Origin: Deltaproteobacteria bacterium
Lineage (GTDB): Bacteria; Myxococcota_A; Polyangia; Fen-1088
Reading direction: 5' to 3'
Length of the DNA stretch: 64,000 nt
Assembly: GCA_033763315.1 (NCBI GenBank)
Contig: JANRKS010000011.1
Coordinates: 160,001-224,000, forward strand
In this document: positions 47,884 through 56,826 of the stretch, in pieces
Numbering within the stretch: position 1 is the first letter of the stretch
Layout of the letters: every line of letters begins with the position of its first letter
The notes under the pieces: generated by a model
Databases searched by the model: none
What the model was told of the DNA's origin: nothing
What the model saw: only the letters and a program-made list of their open reading frames with translations
Made by a program: the position numbers and the translations under genes

Positions 47884-49929
47884 TCACGACTTCTGCAGGC
47901 GCACTTTGTCGAACTGAACCGTAACCGAAGGCTCGTAGAACGGTTTTATCGCGAGTAGACGAACCAACATGAACCGCGCGTTCGATGGGCTTGTGGTGCT
48001 GACAGATACATCCTTCCAACTGCCGTTTGGACGCGCGTAAAAGGCTTGGTTGCCGGGCGTAAACGCTCCCGTGCAGCCCGCTTCAGAAGCGAAAAAGCGA
48101 ACGTCTAGGCCCGCACCGACGGTGTCGCGACCGCCAGGCACTTTGGCTTTGGCCGTCAAAGAATAGTTGGTGCTTGCCGTCACAGCGACGCACTGAGCGC
48201 CCCCGGCCCAAGAGGTGCCAATTAACTTGGGATCAACAACCGTGTTGGTGACGTCGACCGACCCAGACCCCGCGCGCCCTTCGGCATCCTCGGCGTTGAA
48301 CAACAACACAACGCTCGCTTCAGCGGCCCAGCTTGCGGTGGTTGTATCGAAGTCGGGGTTGAGGAGTGTGCCTGACGTTGAACCACCAGTGCCCACGACG
48401 CCACCGGTGCCCACGACGCCACCGGTGCCTACGACACCGCCAGTGCCTACGACACCGCCAGTGCCCACGACGCCGCCCGTACCCACGACGCCGCCCGTAC
48501 CCACGACACCGCCCGTACCCGCGACACCGCCAGTACCCATCGTGCCTCCCGTGCCAGGCGCGCCCCCGCCCCCCGAGGGACCGGTCATGGGCACCGTGCA
48601 TTCTGCTTTGCACTCTGAGCCGTCGCAGAAGATCAAGTTCGATCCTGCGCCGATCGGATACATCGGGTCTCGGAACCGAATGGCCACGTCAGTCGCGCGT
48701 CGTTCGGCGCAGGACTCGTCCGCTATCTCCTGCGGTGTGCACGCCTCCACTTCGGCCGCGGCTTCAGCCACCTCTTTGCAAGGGCCGTTGGCATTGCCAC
48801 CCAAACACTGGCTGTCGCTCTTCGTGCCGCAGAAGCACTTTTGTGGATCAGATCCGTCCACCGAACAATTATTGCTTGCGGGCGAGCGGATGCACGAGAC
48901 CCACGCTTCGCATGCGGCTCGCCGTGCCCCGGTGAACAGCGCACAACCGGAGGTCGTGGCATCGCACTTCATGGCTTCGCACATCAAACAAACGGGGCTT
49001 GTACCGATCGTACCCGCGCCACCCGTGCCTGTGGAGCCGCCGCTGCTCATCATGCCACCCGTGCCAACGGCGCCACCCGTGCCAACGGCGCCGCCTGTGC
49101 CAACGGTGCCGCCTGTGCCAACGGCGCCGCCTGTGCCAACGGTGCCGCCTGTTCCCGTCATGCCGCCCGTACCCATGGACATCCCAACGGCACCTCCGGC
49201 TGCGACGCCATCAATGCAGGAAGGGCTGCAACGCTCTTGATCGCAAGCCAACAAATAATTAACGGCCCGTCCGAGCGCGACGTTGTCATCGCGCAGCAGC
49301 GGCAAGATCACTTCAGGGTCAACGGACTCTGCTGCGTCCTCGAACTCGGCTTTACATGGCCCCGCCGCTTTGCCCGTGATGCAACGTGTGTCGGTAACAG
49401 CGTCGCCGCAATAGCAAGAGGCTGTGTTGGAATGCACCTCACTTGGCTTCGCGCATCCTGTTCTCCGTGCACATTCGATGACGGCCTTGCACAGATCGGA
49501 TCGCAATGAGTCGCGCTTGCGGCCGTCCACCGCCTTTTCACCTGGGGCCGCGCCTTCGTAGCAAAGCTTGTAGAGATTGTTCTTCGAGGGCTCGCCACTG
49601 CTTCCTATGTCGCCTTGGCATTTGGATGCGGCGCATGTCGTGCACGCAGAGGAGACACTGCCGCCTCCTCCAGCTGTGCCGCCATCACCGCCTCCAGATT
49701 GTCCCCCCCCACCGGCGCCACCTTCGACATCCCCAGCGCCACCTTCTCCTCCCGACCCCTGCGCTGCGTCCTGCATAGGAACAACCGCAGCATCGACATT
49801 CACAACTTCACCAGGGCCGCCTGTGATGTCGTCTCCCGGTGGCATGTAGTCGCCACAGCTGATTGCGTAGCCGAGCGAAACCGCCAAAAGCGACAGGAGA
49901 GGGAGCCTTCTAATTCTTGAGCTGGTCAT
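47884..49929 (-). CDS. Cys-rich lipoprotein: two module C copies, GTGG linkers and module D
   Basis: Lipobox ISC; CEA..CDA...GC...GAR.AACEAWV.CIR closely matches the C-terminus of 35347. Confidence 0.85.
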   Translation of the reverse strand: MTSSRIRRLPLLSLLAVSLGYAISCGDYMPPGDDITGGPGEVVNVDAAVVPMQDAAQGSGGEGGAGDVEGGAGGGGQSGGGDGGTAGGGGSVSSACTTCAASKCQGDIGSSGEPSKNNLYKLCYEGAAPGEKAVDGRKRDSLRSDLCKAVIECARRTGCAKPSEVHSNTASCYCGDAVTDTRCITGKAAGPCKAEFEDAAESVDPEVILPLLRDDNVALGRAVNYLLACDQERCSPSCIDGVAAGGAVGMSMGTGGMTGTGGTVGTGGAVGTGGTVGTGGAVGTGGAVGTGGMMSSGGSTGTGGAGTIGTSPVCLMCEAMKCDATTSGCALFTGARRAACEAWVSCIRSPASNNCSVDGSDPQKCFCGTKSDSQCLGGNANGPCKEVAEAAAEVEACTPQEIADESCAERRATDVAIRFRDPMYPIGAGSNLIFCDGSECKAECTVPMTGPSGGGGAPGTGGTMGTGGVAGTGGVVGTGGVVGTGGVVGTGGVVGTGGVVGTGGVVGTGGVVGTGGSTSGTLLNPDFDTTTASWAAEASVVLLFNAEDAEGRAGSGSVDVTNTVVDPKLIGTSWAGGAQCVAVTASTNYSLTAKAKVPGGRDTVGAGLDVRFFASEAGCTGAFTPGNQAFYARPNGSWKDVSVSTTSPSNARFMLVRLLAIKPFYEPSVTVQFDKVRLQKS
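48383..48558 (-). repeat. 18-bp tandem repeat coding GTGGVV (about 9-10 units)
   Basis: CC(A/G)CC.GT.CC.ACGAC. period of 18 with synonymous variation. Confidence 0.9.
49054..49176 (-). repeat. 18-bp tandem repeat coding GTGG(A/T)V (about 6-7 units)
   Basis: GCC.CC.GTGCCAACGG. units. Confidence 0.9.
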
Positions 49930-49987
49930 GCGTTTCTGCCTGGAAGGTTGCGGCGCGTAACATGCCGCGCCCGCGTTTCGCCGTACA

Positions 49988-50002
49988 TCAACTCGTGTGC
50001 CA
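49988..50002 (-). promoter_or_regulatory. Sigma54 -24/-12-like promoter of the 49929-43211 operon
   Basis: TGGCACACGAGTTGA(T): perfect TGGCAC, -12 TTGA. Confidence 0.6.
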
Positions 50003-50160
50003 ATTGCTCAACAACTTGGACGCAGGCTCGTTTCGCGACCTTGCTTGCTCGGGGAATGACCGATAACCGGACGGCGGCCTCCGGCTTTGCAACACACGCG
50101 CCTATGCGCGCTTGCGCGACCATTCGATTTTCAATCGAAGTTTTCGGTTTCCGGTTGGTC

Positions 50161-50200
50161 TTGTTACACGTCCGTCAAAAAGCGGGAGCGGAACCGTAAC
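50161..50200 (+). promoter_or_regulatory. PHO-box-like direct repeats
   Basis: GTTAC 50163, GTCAA 50174, GTAAC 50196 (11/22-bp phasing). Confidence 0.4.
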
Positions 50201-50238
50201 ATCGCAGCGGACACACTCCGGCTATAACGGCGTCGTTC

Positions 50239-51297
50239 TTGATGTCACACACACAATCAGTCTCACCGCTCGCCTTCTTGCCTCCCGTCACCACGGCCTT
50301 CGATCTCAAGCGATCGGCTGTGGTACAGAAGCTGCCTCGCCCCGCTTCGCTTCGGTCGTCACGCCGGGATGCGACCACGTGTGGAACCGATGGGCGATCA
50401 GCCCAGATCCGCGAGGTCACCGACCTTATAGGCCGGCTTGCCAATGCCGAAGTCACAGTGGCAATCTTGGGCGAAACGGGGAGCGGCAAAGATGTGGTGG
50501 CGCGAGCCCTTCACGAAGGCAGCCACCGATCCGCTAAGCCATTTGTGGTGTTCGACTGCGGCGCCGTACCGGCAAACCTGGTGGAAAGTGAGCTCTATGG
50601 CCACGAACGAGGCGCCTTTACGGGCGCGCATAGCGAACACCAAGGCGCCTTCGAGCGCGCGCGCGGCGGAACACTTTTTCTCGACGAAATCGGTGAGCTT
50701 CCCTTAGAGCTGCAACCGAGGTTGCTCCGCGTCTTGGATAACCGCCGCATTCGCCGCGTGGGCGGTTCGCGTGAACACAACGTAGAGGCCCGGGTTATCT
50801 GCGCGACAAACCGCAACCTGGCTCACCTGGTGGCGGCGAAGAAATTCCGCGAAGATCTATACTTTCGTCTCGCCGGCGCCGTGATCTCCGTGCCGCCGCT
50901 TCGCGAACGCAAGGAGGACTTGCCCCTGTTGATCCCCCGCCTGCTTGAGGAATTGGGTGGTGCGGATGTGCAGCTTTCTCCCGCGGCACTTGATCTGCTG
51001 GCCGCCCATTCATGGCCCGGCAACGTGCGAGAGCTTCGCAATACGCTGGCCTGCGCCTTGGCTTTCATTGATGGCCACCGGCTTGAAGCTCACCACATTC
51101 GGCTGATGGCTTCTACGTCGGAGCCGCCAAAGGCAGACGCGCTCCTGTTAGGCGGTCTAACGCTTGAGAGTCTCGAGCGCATGGCGATTGCACAAACTTT
51201 GACTCAAAGCCGCGGCAACAAGCTGCACGCGGCGCGCGTGCTTGGAATTGCTCCGTCAACGCTTTACGAGAAGCTCAAACGCTACGGGATGTCTTGA
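50239..51297 (+). CDS. Sigma54 enhancer-binding protein without a sensory domain (paralog of 31012)
   Basis: [40 protein letters not shown]; start uncertain. Confidence 0.9.
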   Translation: MMSHTQSVSPLAFLPPVTTAFDLKRSAVVQKLPRPASLRSSRRDATTCGTDGRSAQIREVTDLIGRLANAEVTVAILGETGSGKDVVARALHEGSHRSAKPFVVFDCGAVPANLVESELYGHERGAFTGAHSEHQGAFERARGGTLFLDEIGELPLELQPRLLRVLDNRRIRRVGGSREHNVEARVICATNRNLAHLVAAKKFREDLYFRLAGAVISVPPLRERKEDLPLLIPRLLEELGGADVQLSPAALDLLAAHSWPGNVRELRNTLACALAFIDGHRLEAHHIRLMASTSEPPKADALLLGGLTLESLERMAIAQTLTQSRGNKLHAARVLGIAPSTLYEKLKRYGMS

Positions 51298-52721
51298 TGT
51301 TCTCGAAAGTAAAACTTTGGATCGTGCTGCTTATGGCCACCTGGGTCACCGATGCCGCCGCTGCGTCTAGCGCGACGTCGCAAGGCGACACCTGCAAGAA
51401 CGCCATTCGCCGCGGGCAGCGGGCTACCGCCATCGCCGCCTGCAAGGAAGCTTTGCGGGTGCGTTCGGCACCTGAGCAGATGACCGATGTCGTGCAGGCC
51501 CTCCTTTTGGGCGAGGCGCCTTTGACGCCGGAGGCGCTATATGAGGCGGCCGTTATGAGCCGAAGCGCTTCCCGCTGGGGCGACCTGTGGGGAGCCATGA
51601 CTCGCTGCCACTTGGGCAAGCGTCTGGGAGATGAACACATGTTGACGACGTGCACGAAAACACTGACAGAAAAGTACGCACACCTTCCGCAAGTGAGCGC
51701 CCTGTTGCAAGATCTTAAGCCACGAAAGCCCTGGGGATTCTTGGTTTCGTGGGGCGTGATGCTTGCGTGTCTAGCGGGCACCGCAGCGCATGCCCTCTTG
51801 CGATGGCTAAAGAGTCACACAAAAGCGACGGCCGTTGCTGCTGTAGCCGCCATCCTGCTTGCCAGCTTGGTGCCATCATTGGCCCGCGCCCAACAAGGCA
51901 CACCGATCGATATCGATTTGCCAAACCGATTTCCCATCGACGACGCCAACCCACGGGCAAGCGTTCCGACGCCAGAGCAGCGAGAAAAGTTCCCGCTCGA
52001 TTTCGGTTACTTCCTGCAGGAATCCCTGGATAGGGCTGAGCGCGCGACCGCAGAGAAACGTCACGCCGACGCTGCGAAGTATTACTACGCCGTGGCAGCC
52101 GCTGTGCCCGATGTGGCCATCGGCTTTACGAAGCTGTGCGATTCACTTGAGAAGGCGGGCCAGATAAAGGAGGCCATCCTGGCTTGCAAAGGTGCCGTCG
52201 CGCGCGAAGGCGCCAAAGTTGCCGACCATGTAAATCTGGTGCGTCTCATCTTTTCGCAGCCCGATCCCTTAGAAACGAAACAGCTTGAAGATGTAGCCGC
52301 CACCGTTGCACACCTGAAGGCAGAGGCTGAGAAGAAGAACCTTGTGGACACGCGCATTGTTGCGCTCGACCTTGAGTGCGACCTCGCCAAACGAACGCAC
52401 GACAATGGGCTGCTTGCGAAATGCACTGAGGAGTTGGCAAAGCTCTCACCGGGGACAGCCCGAACGATTTCATTGCAGTGGGCTGTGGCGATGCTCAACA
52501 ACGACAAGCCGGCTGCCGAACGCTTGGCGGCTCTGGCGGCGGAAAAGAATTTGTCTGCCGAAGTTGTAAGCAAGATGAAAGAGGGGGCGCAATCGTTAAA
52601 GCCCGCTTGGCGCCGAGCATTCAGTGATTGGCGCATTTTACTGACGGCCGTGTTCGTCGTCTTTGCGGCTGGGCTTGTGGCCTTGCGCAAACGGACGTGG
52701 TTTCGTCAACGAATGGCATGA
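51294..52721 (+). CDS. Membrane protein with two TPR-like Cys-containing domains and an internal signal-peptide-like segment
   Basis: N-terminal signal; TM WGFLVSWGVMLACLAG; internal AVAAVAAILLASLVPSLARA-QQ; C-terminal TM + RKR. Confidence 0.7.
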   Translation: MMFSKVKLWIVLLMATWVTDAAAASSATSQGDTCKNAIRRGQRATAIAACKEALRVRSAPEQMTDVVQALLLGEAPLTPEALYEAAVMSRSASRWGDLWGAMTRCHLGKRLGDEHMLTTCTKTLTEKYAHLPQVSALLQDLKPRKPWGFLVSWGVMLACLAGTAAHALLRWLKSHTKATAVAAVAAILLASLVPSLARAQQGTPIDIDLPNRFPIDDANPRASVPTPEQREKFPLDFGYFLQESLDRAERATAEKRHADAAKYYYAVAAAVPDVAIGFTKLCDSLEKAGQIKEAILACKGAVAREGAKVADHVNLVRLIFSQPDPLETKQLEDVAATVAHLKAEAEKKNLVDTRIVALDLECDLAKRTHDNGLLAKCTEELAKLSPGTARTISLQWAVAMLNNDKPAAERLAALAAEKNLSAEVVSKMKEGAQSLKPAWRRAFSDWRILLTAVFVVFAAGLVALRKRTWFRQRMA

Positions 52722-52727
52722 GTTGCG

Positions 52728-53471
52728 ATGAAATCCCTGCTTCTCATTTCCACGGTGGCGTGCACCCTCTTGCCGGGCCTCGGCCGCTTGGCCAACGCAC
52801 AGCCGGGCGATGGTGAGAAGGCCGAGCCAAAGTGGATCGATCAAACTGTTGAGCAGGCCTCAGCCCCGGTGCCGCCCGCAGCAGAGCTGCGTGCCCCGCG
52901 CTTTGAGGGCGGGCTTATGTTGGGCGGATATCTGCTGGGCAGGGATCTCGAGTTGGGTGTTCCGGATAGACCTGGCTTTGTGCCTGGTCCGCGAACGTTG
53001 AACGGAATCGTAGGGCTGCGCCTTTCAGTCGAGGCCCTGCGAACACTGAGCATCGAAATCGAGACCGGCATCGCGCCAACCAAAGACCGTGAGGACGGCC
53101 TGGCGGCCACCTTGTGGCTGGGGCGGCTTCACGCCGTCATTCCGGTGGATGTGGATGGCTTCTTCGCAAAGCAACACTTTCGACCGTTTCTGCTGGGTGG
53201 CGTGGGTTTTGCCTCCGTCGTGAGTACCGATGGTCGCGTCGATGCCTTGGGCAATGTCTATGGGCTTCCTCGCAAAGACACCGATGCTGAATTTCACCTG
53301 GGGGCTGGTATCAAATGGGATCCACACGAGCTTGTGACCTTGCGTTCAGACATTCGCATCTATCAGATGCCCAACACCAAGAGCCAAGGAATCACGCCGA
53401 CCTGGGAAATCGCTGTGGGCGCCAGTTTCAAGTTTGCCCGCGCGTGGGGCCGCAAAACCGACGCTTTCTAG
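52728..53471 (+). CDS. Small outer-membrane beta-barrel (OmpA-TM-like)
   Basis: Signal ending ANA; GLRL, RPFLLGGVG, FHLGAGIKW, LRSDIR, WEIAVGASFKF. Confidence 0.75.
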   Translation: MKSLLLISTVACTLLPGLGRLANAQPGDGEKAEPKWIDQTVEQASAPVPPAAELRAPRFEGGLMLGGYLLGRDLELGVPDRPGFVPGPRTLNGIVGLRLSVEALRTLSIEIETGIAPTKDREDGLAATLWLGRLHAVIPVDVDGFFAKQHFRPFLLGGVGFASVVSTDGRVDALGNVYGLPRKDTDAEFHLGAGIKWDPHELVTLRSDIRIYQMPNTKSQGITPTWEIAVGASFKFARAWGRKTDAF

Positions 53472-55354
53472 CCGTCACCTTCGTTGTCGTCAGCGTACTG
53501 CTTGCCGGCGAGGCGGGCGCGGAACCCTACGCCGGCGCGGCCTCAACGCGTCGTCTGATCGCTGAGGTCCTGAAGCGGTGTCCAGGGGCGGCCTCGCTGG
53601 CGTTCGATGGCACAAGCTCGAGCAAGGCCGAAGAGGCGCTGGTGTTGCAACAGCAGCAGACGTCCCCCATGACGCGTGATCTTGGGCCCTCACTCACATG
53701 CCAGGCGCCCTCACCGGGCGAAGCAGAGGGCCTCCTTGTCGGCCTCGACGCGGTGTCGCTCTATGCGGCGCCTACTGATCAAGCGCTTTGTTTGTCCGGC
53801 TTGACGGGCGGCGTGCAGATCGACGTTGAAGATCAAAATGGCATCGCCGGTGTGCAGTGCCCGGGATGCAACGGCAACCAATATCCCCTGGCGGATTGGA
53901 AAGACGTTCTTCGGTTGGTGTATTTGGGATTGCCCAAAGCTGCAGGTGCCGACCTTTCGCAGCGCGATTGCAACAGCGACGTACGCCACACCCTGGTCAA
54001 CCGATGGGTAAGTCTGTTTGGATCTGGCTGTATTGGCAATCAATGCTCTCGGCTCGAACACGCCTTCCGCCCGGGCGATCACAGCGAGAAAACGGCGCTG
54101 TTCTTGAGTTTATTGGGCCTAGCAAACACGGCTCCCGTAAATGCGTTTTGCAACGGGGTGGGGGCGCCTGCTTTCCCCGCGGTCCCCACAGCCAAAGACG
54201 CGCTCAGCGACTTTTGGGATGGCGATCCAGTGCGTCGGCCGTGTGATTCGAACCATCAAGTGTGCGCCGCTGATCACACGCTGGGCCTCGTGCTGCCAGT
54301 TGTGGTTCCCGAAAATTTACCGCCTGAAGTGGCGTACCCAACGCAGCCCTGTTCGTTTGGTGTGTGCCGTTTTCTGTTCACGAACCAACTTGTGTTGACG
54401 TGCCCGAACGGCAAGCCTCAACTGTTCGGAAAGTGCTTCCAGCAAGTTGCGAATCTGCCAAACGGGCAGTTTACAGCTGCTTGCGTTCCGGACGCCGGTT
54501 ACACATGCTTTGGCGCGGGCAACCAGGATGGCCGTGTTTACACAAAAGCCACGCTGAATCCGAACGGAACGTACGCAGTGGATGGCGCAGGGCGCGCGCT
54601 CACGGGATCTTTCCATCGGCTTAATGCCACGCGTGCCCGCGGCGCTGGCTCCCCGTGTCGGCAAACCAATGGGTTGGCACAGATTGCCTGTCTTTCGCAA
54701 TCTGTTGGCTGCAGCATGGGCGCCGCAGGCATCGACAGCGGCAGCGGCGTGGCCAACGTGATGGCCTTGCCAGTGGCGGGTGTTGCCCCGACGATCGAGA
54801 ACGTACGCAAGAAGGCCGAAGGCGAACAAGCGCCCGGTGCCTACCCCTTGGCCGCACGCGTGTTGCTGAACTCAATGCGCGGCTTTGATGTCTTAACGTC
54901 TCCGGCCGAAGGCAACTTAACCGGCTGCTTCAACAGCCCTTCATTGATGGCAGCCGCTTTAAATGCCTCAGGGCTCACGCCCCTTGCCACGCCGCCCAAG
55001 TGTGTTGACTTCGACGAACGCGCTTGCGGCCTCACTTTGTTTAACCGCAACGCATGCAACAAGCGCATGTTCAATTGGTGCCCCACCATCTCGGGCTTGT
55101 TCGTCGCGCCTACGACCACGGGTGTGGGGGGCAGCATTTCCCTGTTCGCCTCGGCCACCGATGACGATGGGGCGCTGGATCCGATGGAGTACGTATGGTC
55201 AGCACCCAGCGGAGCCTTCGCGGATCGCTTTGCCAAGAACACAAAGTTCACTTGCACCGCGCCCGGCACGTTTGACCTGCAGCTGGCCGTTTGGGACGGC
55301 GCCTGCAAAACCGAACAGTCAGTGACGGTCACCTGCGTGGCGCCCACCCTTTAA
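53444..55354 (+). CDS. Second Cys-rich PstS-like protein with degenerate binding loops, fused to PKD-like module B
   Basis: Paralog of 37381 (RDCNS.VR..LVN.W.SLF, YPTQ.C.FG.CRFL, CPNGK.QLFGKCF); GTG 53444 chosen because a signal peptide follows. Confidence 0.8.
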   Translation: MGPQNRRFLAVTFVVVSVLLAGEAGAEPYAGAASTRRLIAEVLKRCPGAASLAFDGTSSSKAEEALVLQQQQTSPMTRDLGPSLTCQAPSPGEAEGLLVGLDAVSLYAAPTDQALCLSGLTGGVQIDVEDQNGIAGVQCPGCNGNQYPLADWKDVLRLVYLGLPKAAGADLSQRDCNSDVRHTLVNRWVSLFGSGCIGNQCSRLEHAFRPGDHSEKTALFLSLLGLANTAPVNAFCNGVGAPAFPAVPTAKDALSDFWDGDPVRRPCDSNHQVCAADHTLGLVLPVVVPENLPPEVAYPTQPCSFGVCRFLFTNQLVLTCPNGKPQLFGKCFQQVANLPNGQFTAACVPDAGYTCFGAGNQDGRVYTKATLNPNGTYAVDGAGRALTGSFHRLNATRARGAGSPCRQTNGLAQIACLSQSVGCSMGAAGIDSGSGVANVMALPVAGVAPTIENVRKKAEGEQAPGAYPLAARVLLNSMRGFDVLTSPAEGNLTGCFNSPSLMAAALNASGLTPLATPPKCVDFDERACGLTLFNRNACNKRMFNWCPTISGLFVAPTTTGVGGSISLFASATDDDGALDPMEYVWSAPSGAFADRFAKNTKFTCTAPGTFDLQLAVWDGACKTEQSVTVTCVAPTL

Positions 55355-55361
55355 AGGGGCC

Positions 55362-55407
55362 TTGTTGCACACCTGTCACGCAAGCAACAAGTTCATGAAG
55401 CTGTTGC
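55362..55407 (+). promoter_or_regulatory. PHO-box-like direct repeats
   Basis: GTTGC 55364/GTCAC 55375 and TTCAT 55392/GTTGC 55403. Confidence 0.45.
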
Positions 55408-55445
55408 TTGTGCCCGGCACGTAACCGCTTTATGAACGGTATGTC

Positions 55446-56705
55446 TTGAGCGCCGGCTTCAAATCATTCTCGTTCGCGGCCAAGCGGCGCCTATTCCAAC
55501 GGATGTGGTTGCTCGCTTTGTTGGTGGCTGCATCGTGTGGCGACGACTACCCCCCGTTCGAGGAAGCACAGCTTGACCGCGGGGGGCTCGAGCTCGCTCT
55601 CACAGTTGCGCCGGGCATCGCCATTGCAAGCATCGCCTATGAAATCGATGCGGCCTCGGGCGCGCGGGTTGCGTCCGGCAGTATCGATGTGAACGATGTG
55701 GCCGCCACAGCTTCGATGCACATATCTGGCCTTCCGGCGGCGGCGGGGTATGAGGCGCGGTTTTCGGGTGCGACGCCGGATGGCAAAACGAAGTGCGAAG
55801 GCAAGGCGTCGTTCAACATCAGCGCTGGTTTAACAACGGCGGTGACGCTCAGGATGGATTGCCGCACAGCCAGTGACCGCGGCGGCGTCTCTGTTGTTGT
55901 CACGACCAACTTCTGTCCTCGCATCAATCTGCTGGTCATTGGCCCCACCAGCGCCGCATTTGGCAAAACCATCTCGGTGGCCGCAAACGTTAGCGATGAC
56001 GATGGGACCACCCCAACCATCTTGTGGACGGCGACGGGCGGGCGTTTCGGCAACACGGCGCAAGCCAACACCACGTACACTTGCTCGAAGTCGGGCCCTC
56101 AGCGGCTGACGTTGACAGTGACTGACGGCGCGTGTTCGACCACAATGGTTGGTGACGTTCAGTGTGGCTCATGCGGGGCCGCCGACATCGACGCCAATGG
56201 CGTGCTCGACTGTGAGGAGACCTCGGTCATAAACGGCGAATTCGCTGCTGACGTGGCGGCGTGGAATCTAGACGTTGGGGGAACGAAGCAGTTCTTTGCG
56301 GCGGACGGATTGGAGAGTGCCACTTCGGGGTCGATGCTCGTCGCGAATGCCAACATCGCTGACGTGGCCGGCTCCAGTTTGGCGGGGGTCAACCAATGCG
56401 TTTCCATTGTGCCCGGAGCAAACTACCTGTTGATGAGTCAGATCCTCATCCCCGTCAACCAGTCGCCCGGCTTTGCCGCCAACAGCGTGTTCTTCTACGG
56501 CACGCCCAATTGCACGGGCGGCGTTTTGAACGTGTTTACGTCGCAAGCTGTGACCGTCACCAACAGTTGGACAAAACTTATCTCACGGCCTACAGCACCC
56601 GCTGGCAGCCAATCTGCCTTGCTGCGTCTGGTTGTGGGCAAGAGTTTTCGGCAGCCAAGCCTGCAAGCGTTGTTCGACAACGTCCTGTTGCGCAGGGATC
56701 AATAG
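55446..56705 (+). CDS. Lipoprotein with modules A + B + D
   Basis: Lipobox AASC; N-half homologous to 35347 (GS.DV.D..AT....G.PA..GY...DGKT.C.G.A.F...AG.T); DIDANGVLDC; C-terminal ALFDNV. Confidence 0.8.
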   Translation: MSAGFKSFSFAAKRRLFQRMWLLALLVAASCGDDYPPFEEAQLDRGGLELALTVAPGIAIASIAYEIDAASGARVASGSIDVNDVAATASMHISGLPAAAGYEARFSGATPDGKTKCEGKASFNISAGLTTAVTLRMDCRTASDRGGVSVVVTTNFCPRINLLVIGPTSAAFGKTISVAANVSDDDGTTPTILWTATGGRFGNTAQANTTYTCSKSGPQRLTLTVTDGACSTTMVGDVQCGSCGAADIDANGVLDCEETSVINGEFAADVAAWNLDVGGTKQFFAADGLESATSGSMLVANANIADVAGSSLAGVNQCVSIVPGANYLLMSQILIPVNQSPGFAANSVFFYGTPNCTGGVLNVFTSQAVTVTNSWTKLISRPTAPAGSQSALLRLVVGKSFRQPSLQALFDNVLLRRDQ

Positions 56706-56826
56706 CGAGGTGGCATCGAGCGCAGGGGATTGGCCCGCGGAACAAAATCACACTTTGCGTGAAGGTTTGCCTGTCTTGGCTACATACTCAACCTTGGACA
56801 GCTCGCTCACCAAGGAAGTTCGGCCC

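Noticed and set aside
48215-49240. Plus-strand PPVPTT-repeat ORF
   Set aside because: Antisense mirror of the GTGG linker in the lipoprotein 47884-49929
55414-55430. Sigma54-like CGGCACGTAACCGC (also 59586 TGGCCGCGCGTTGC and about 37187-37204)
   Set aside because: GG-GC spacing is off by 1-2 nt, and sigma54 spacing is strict
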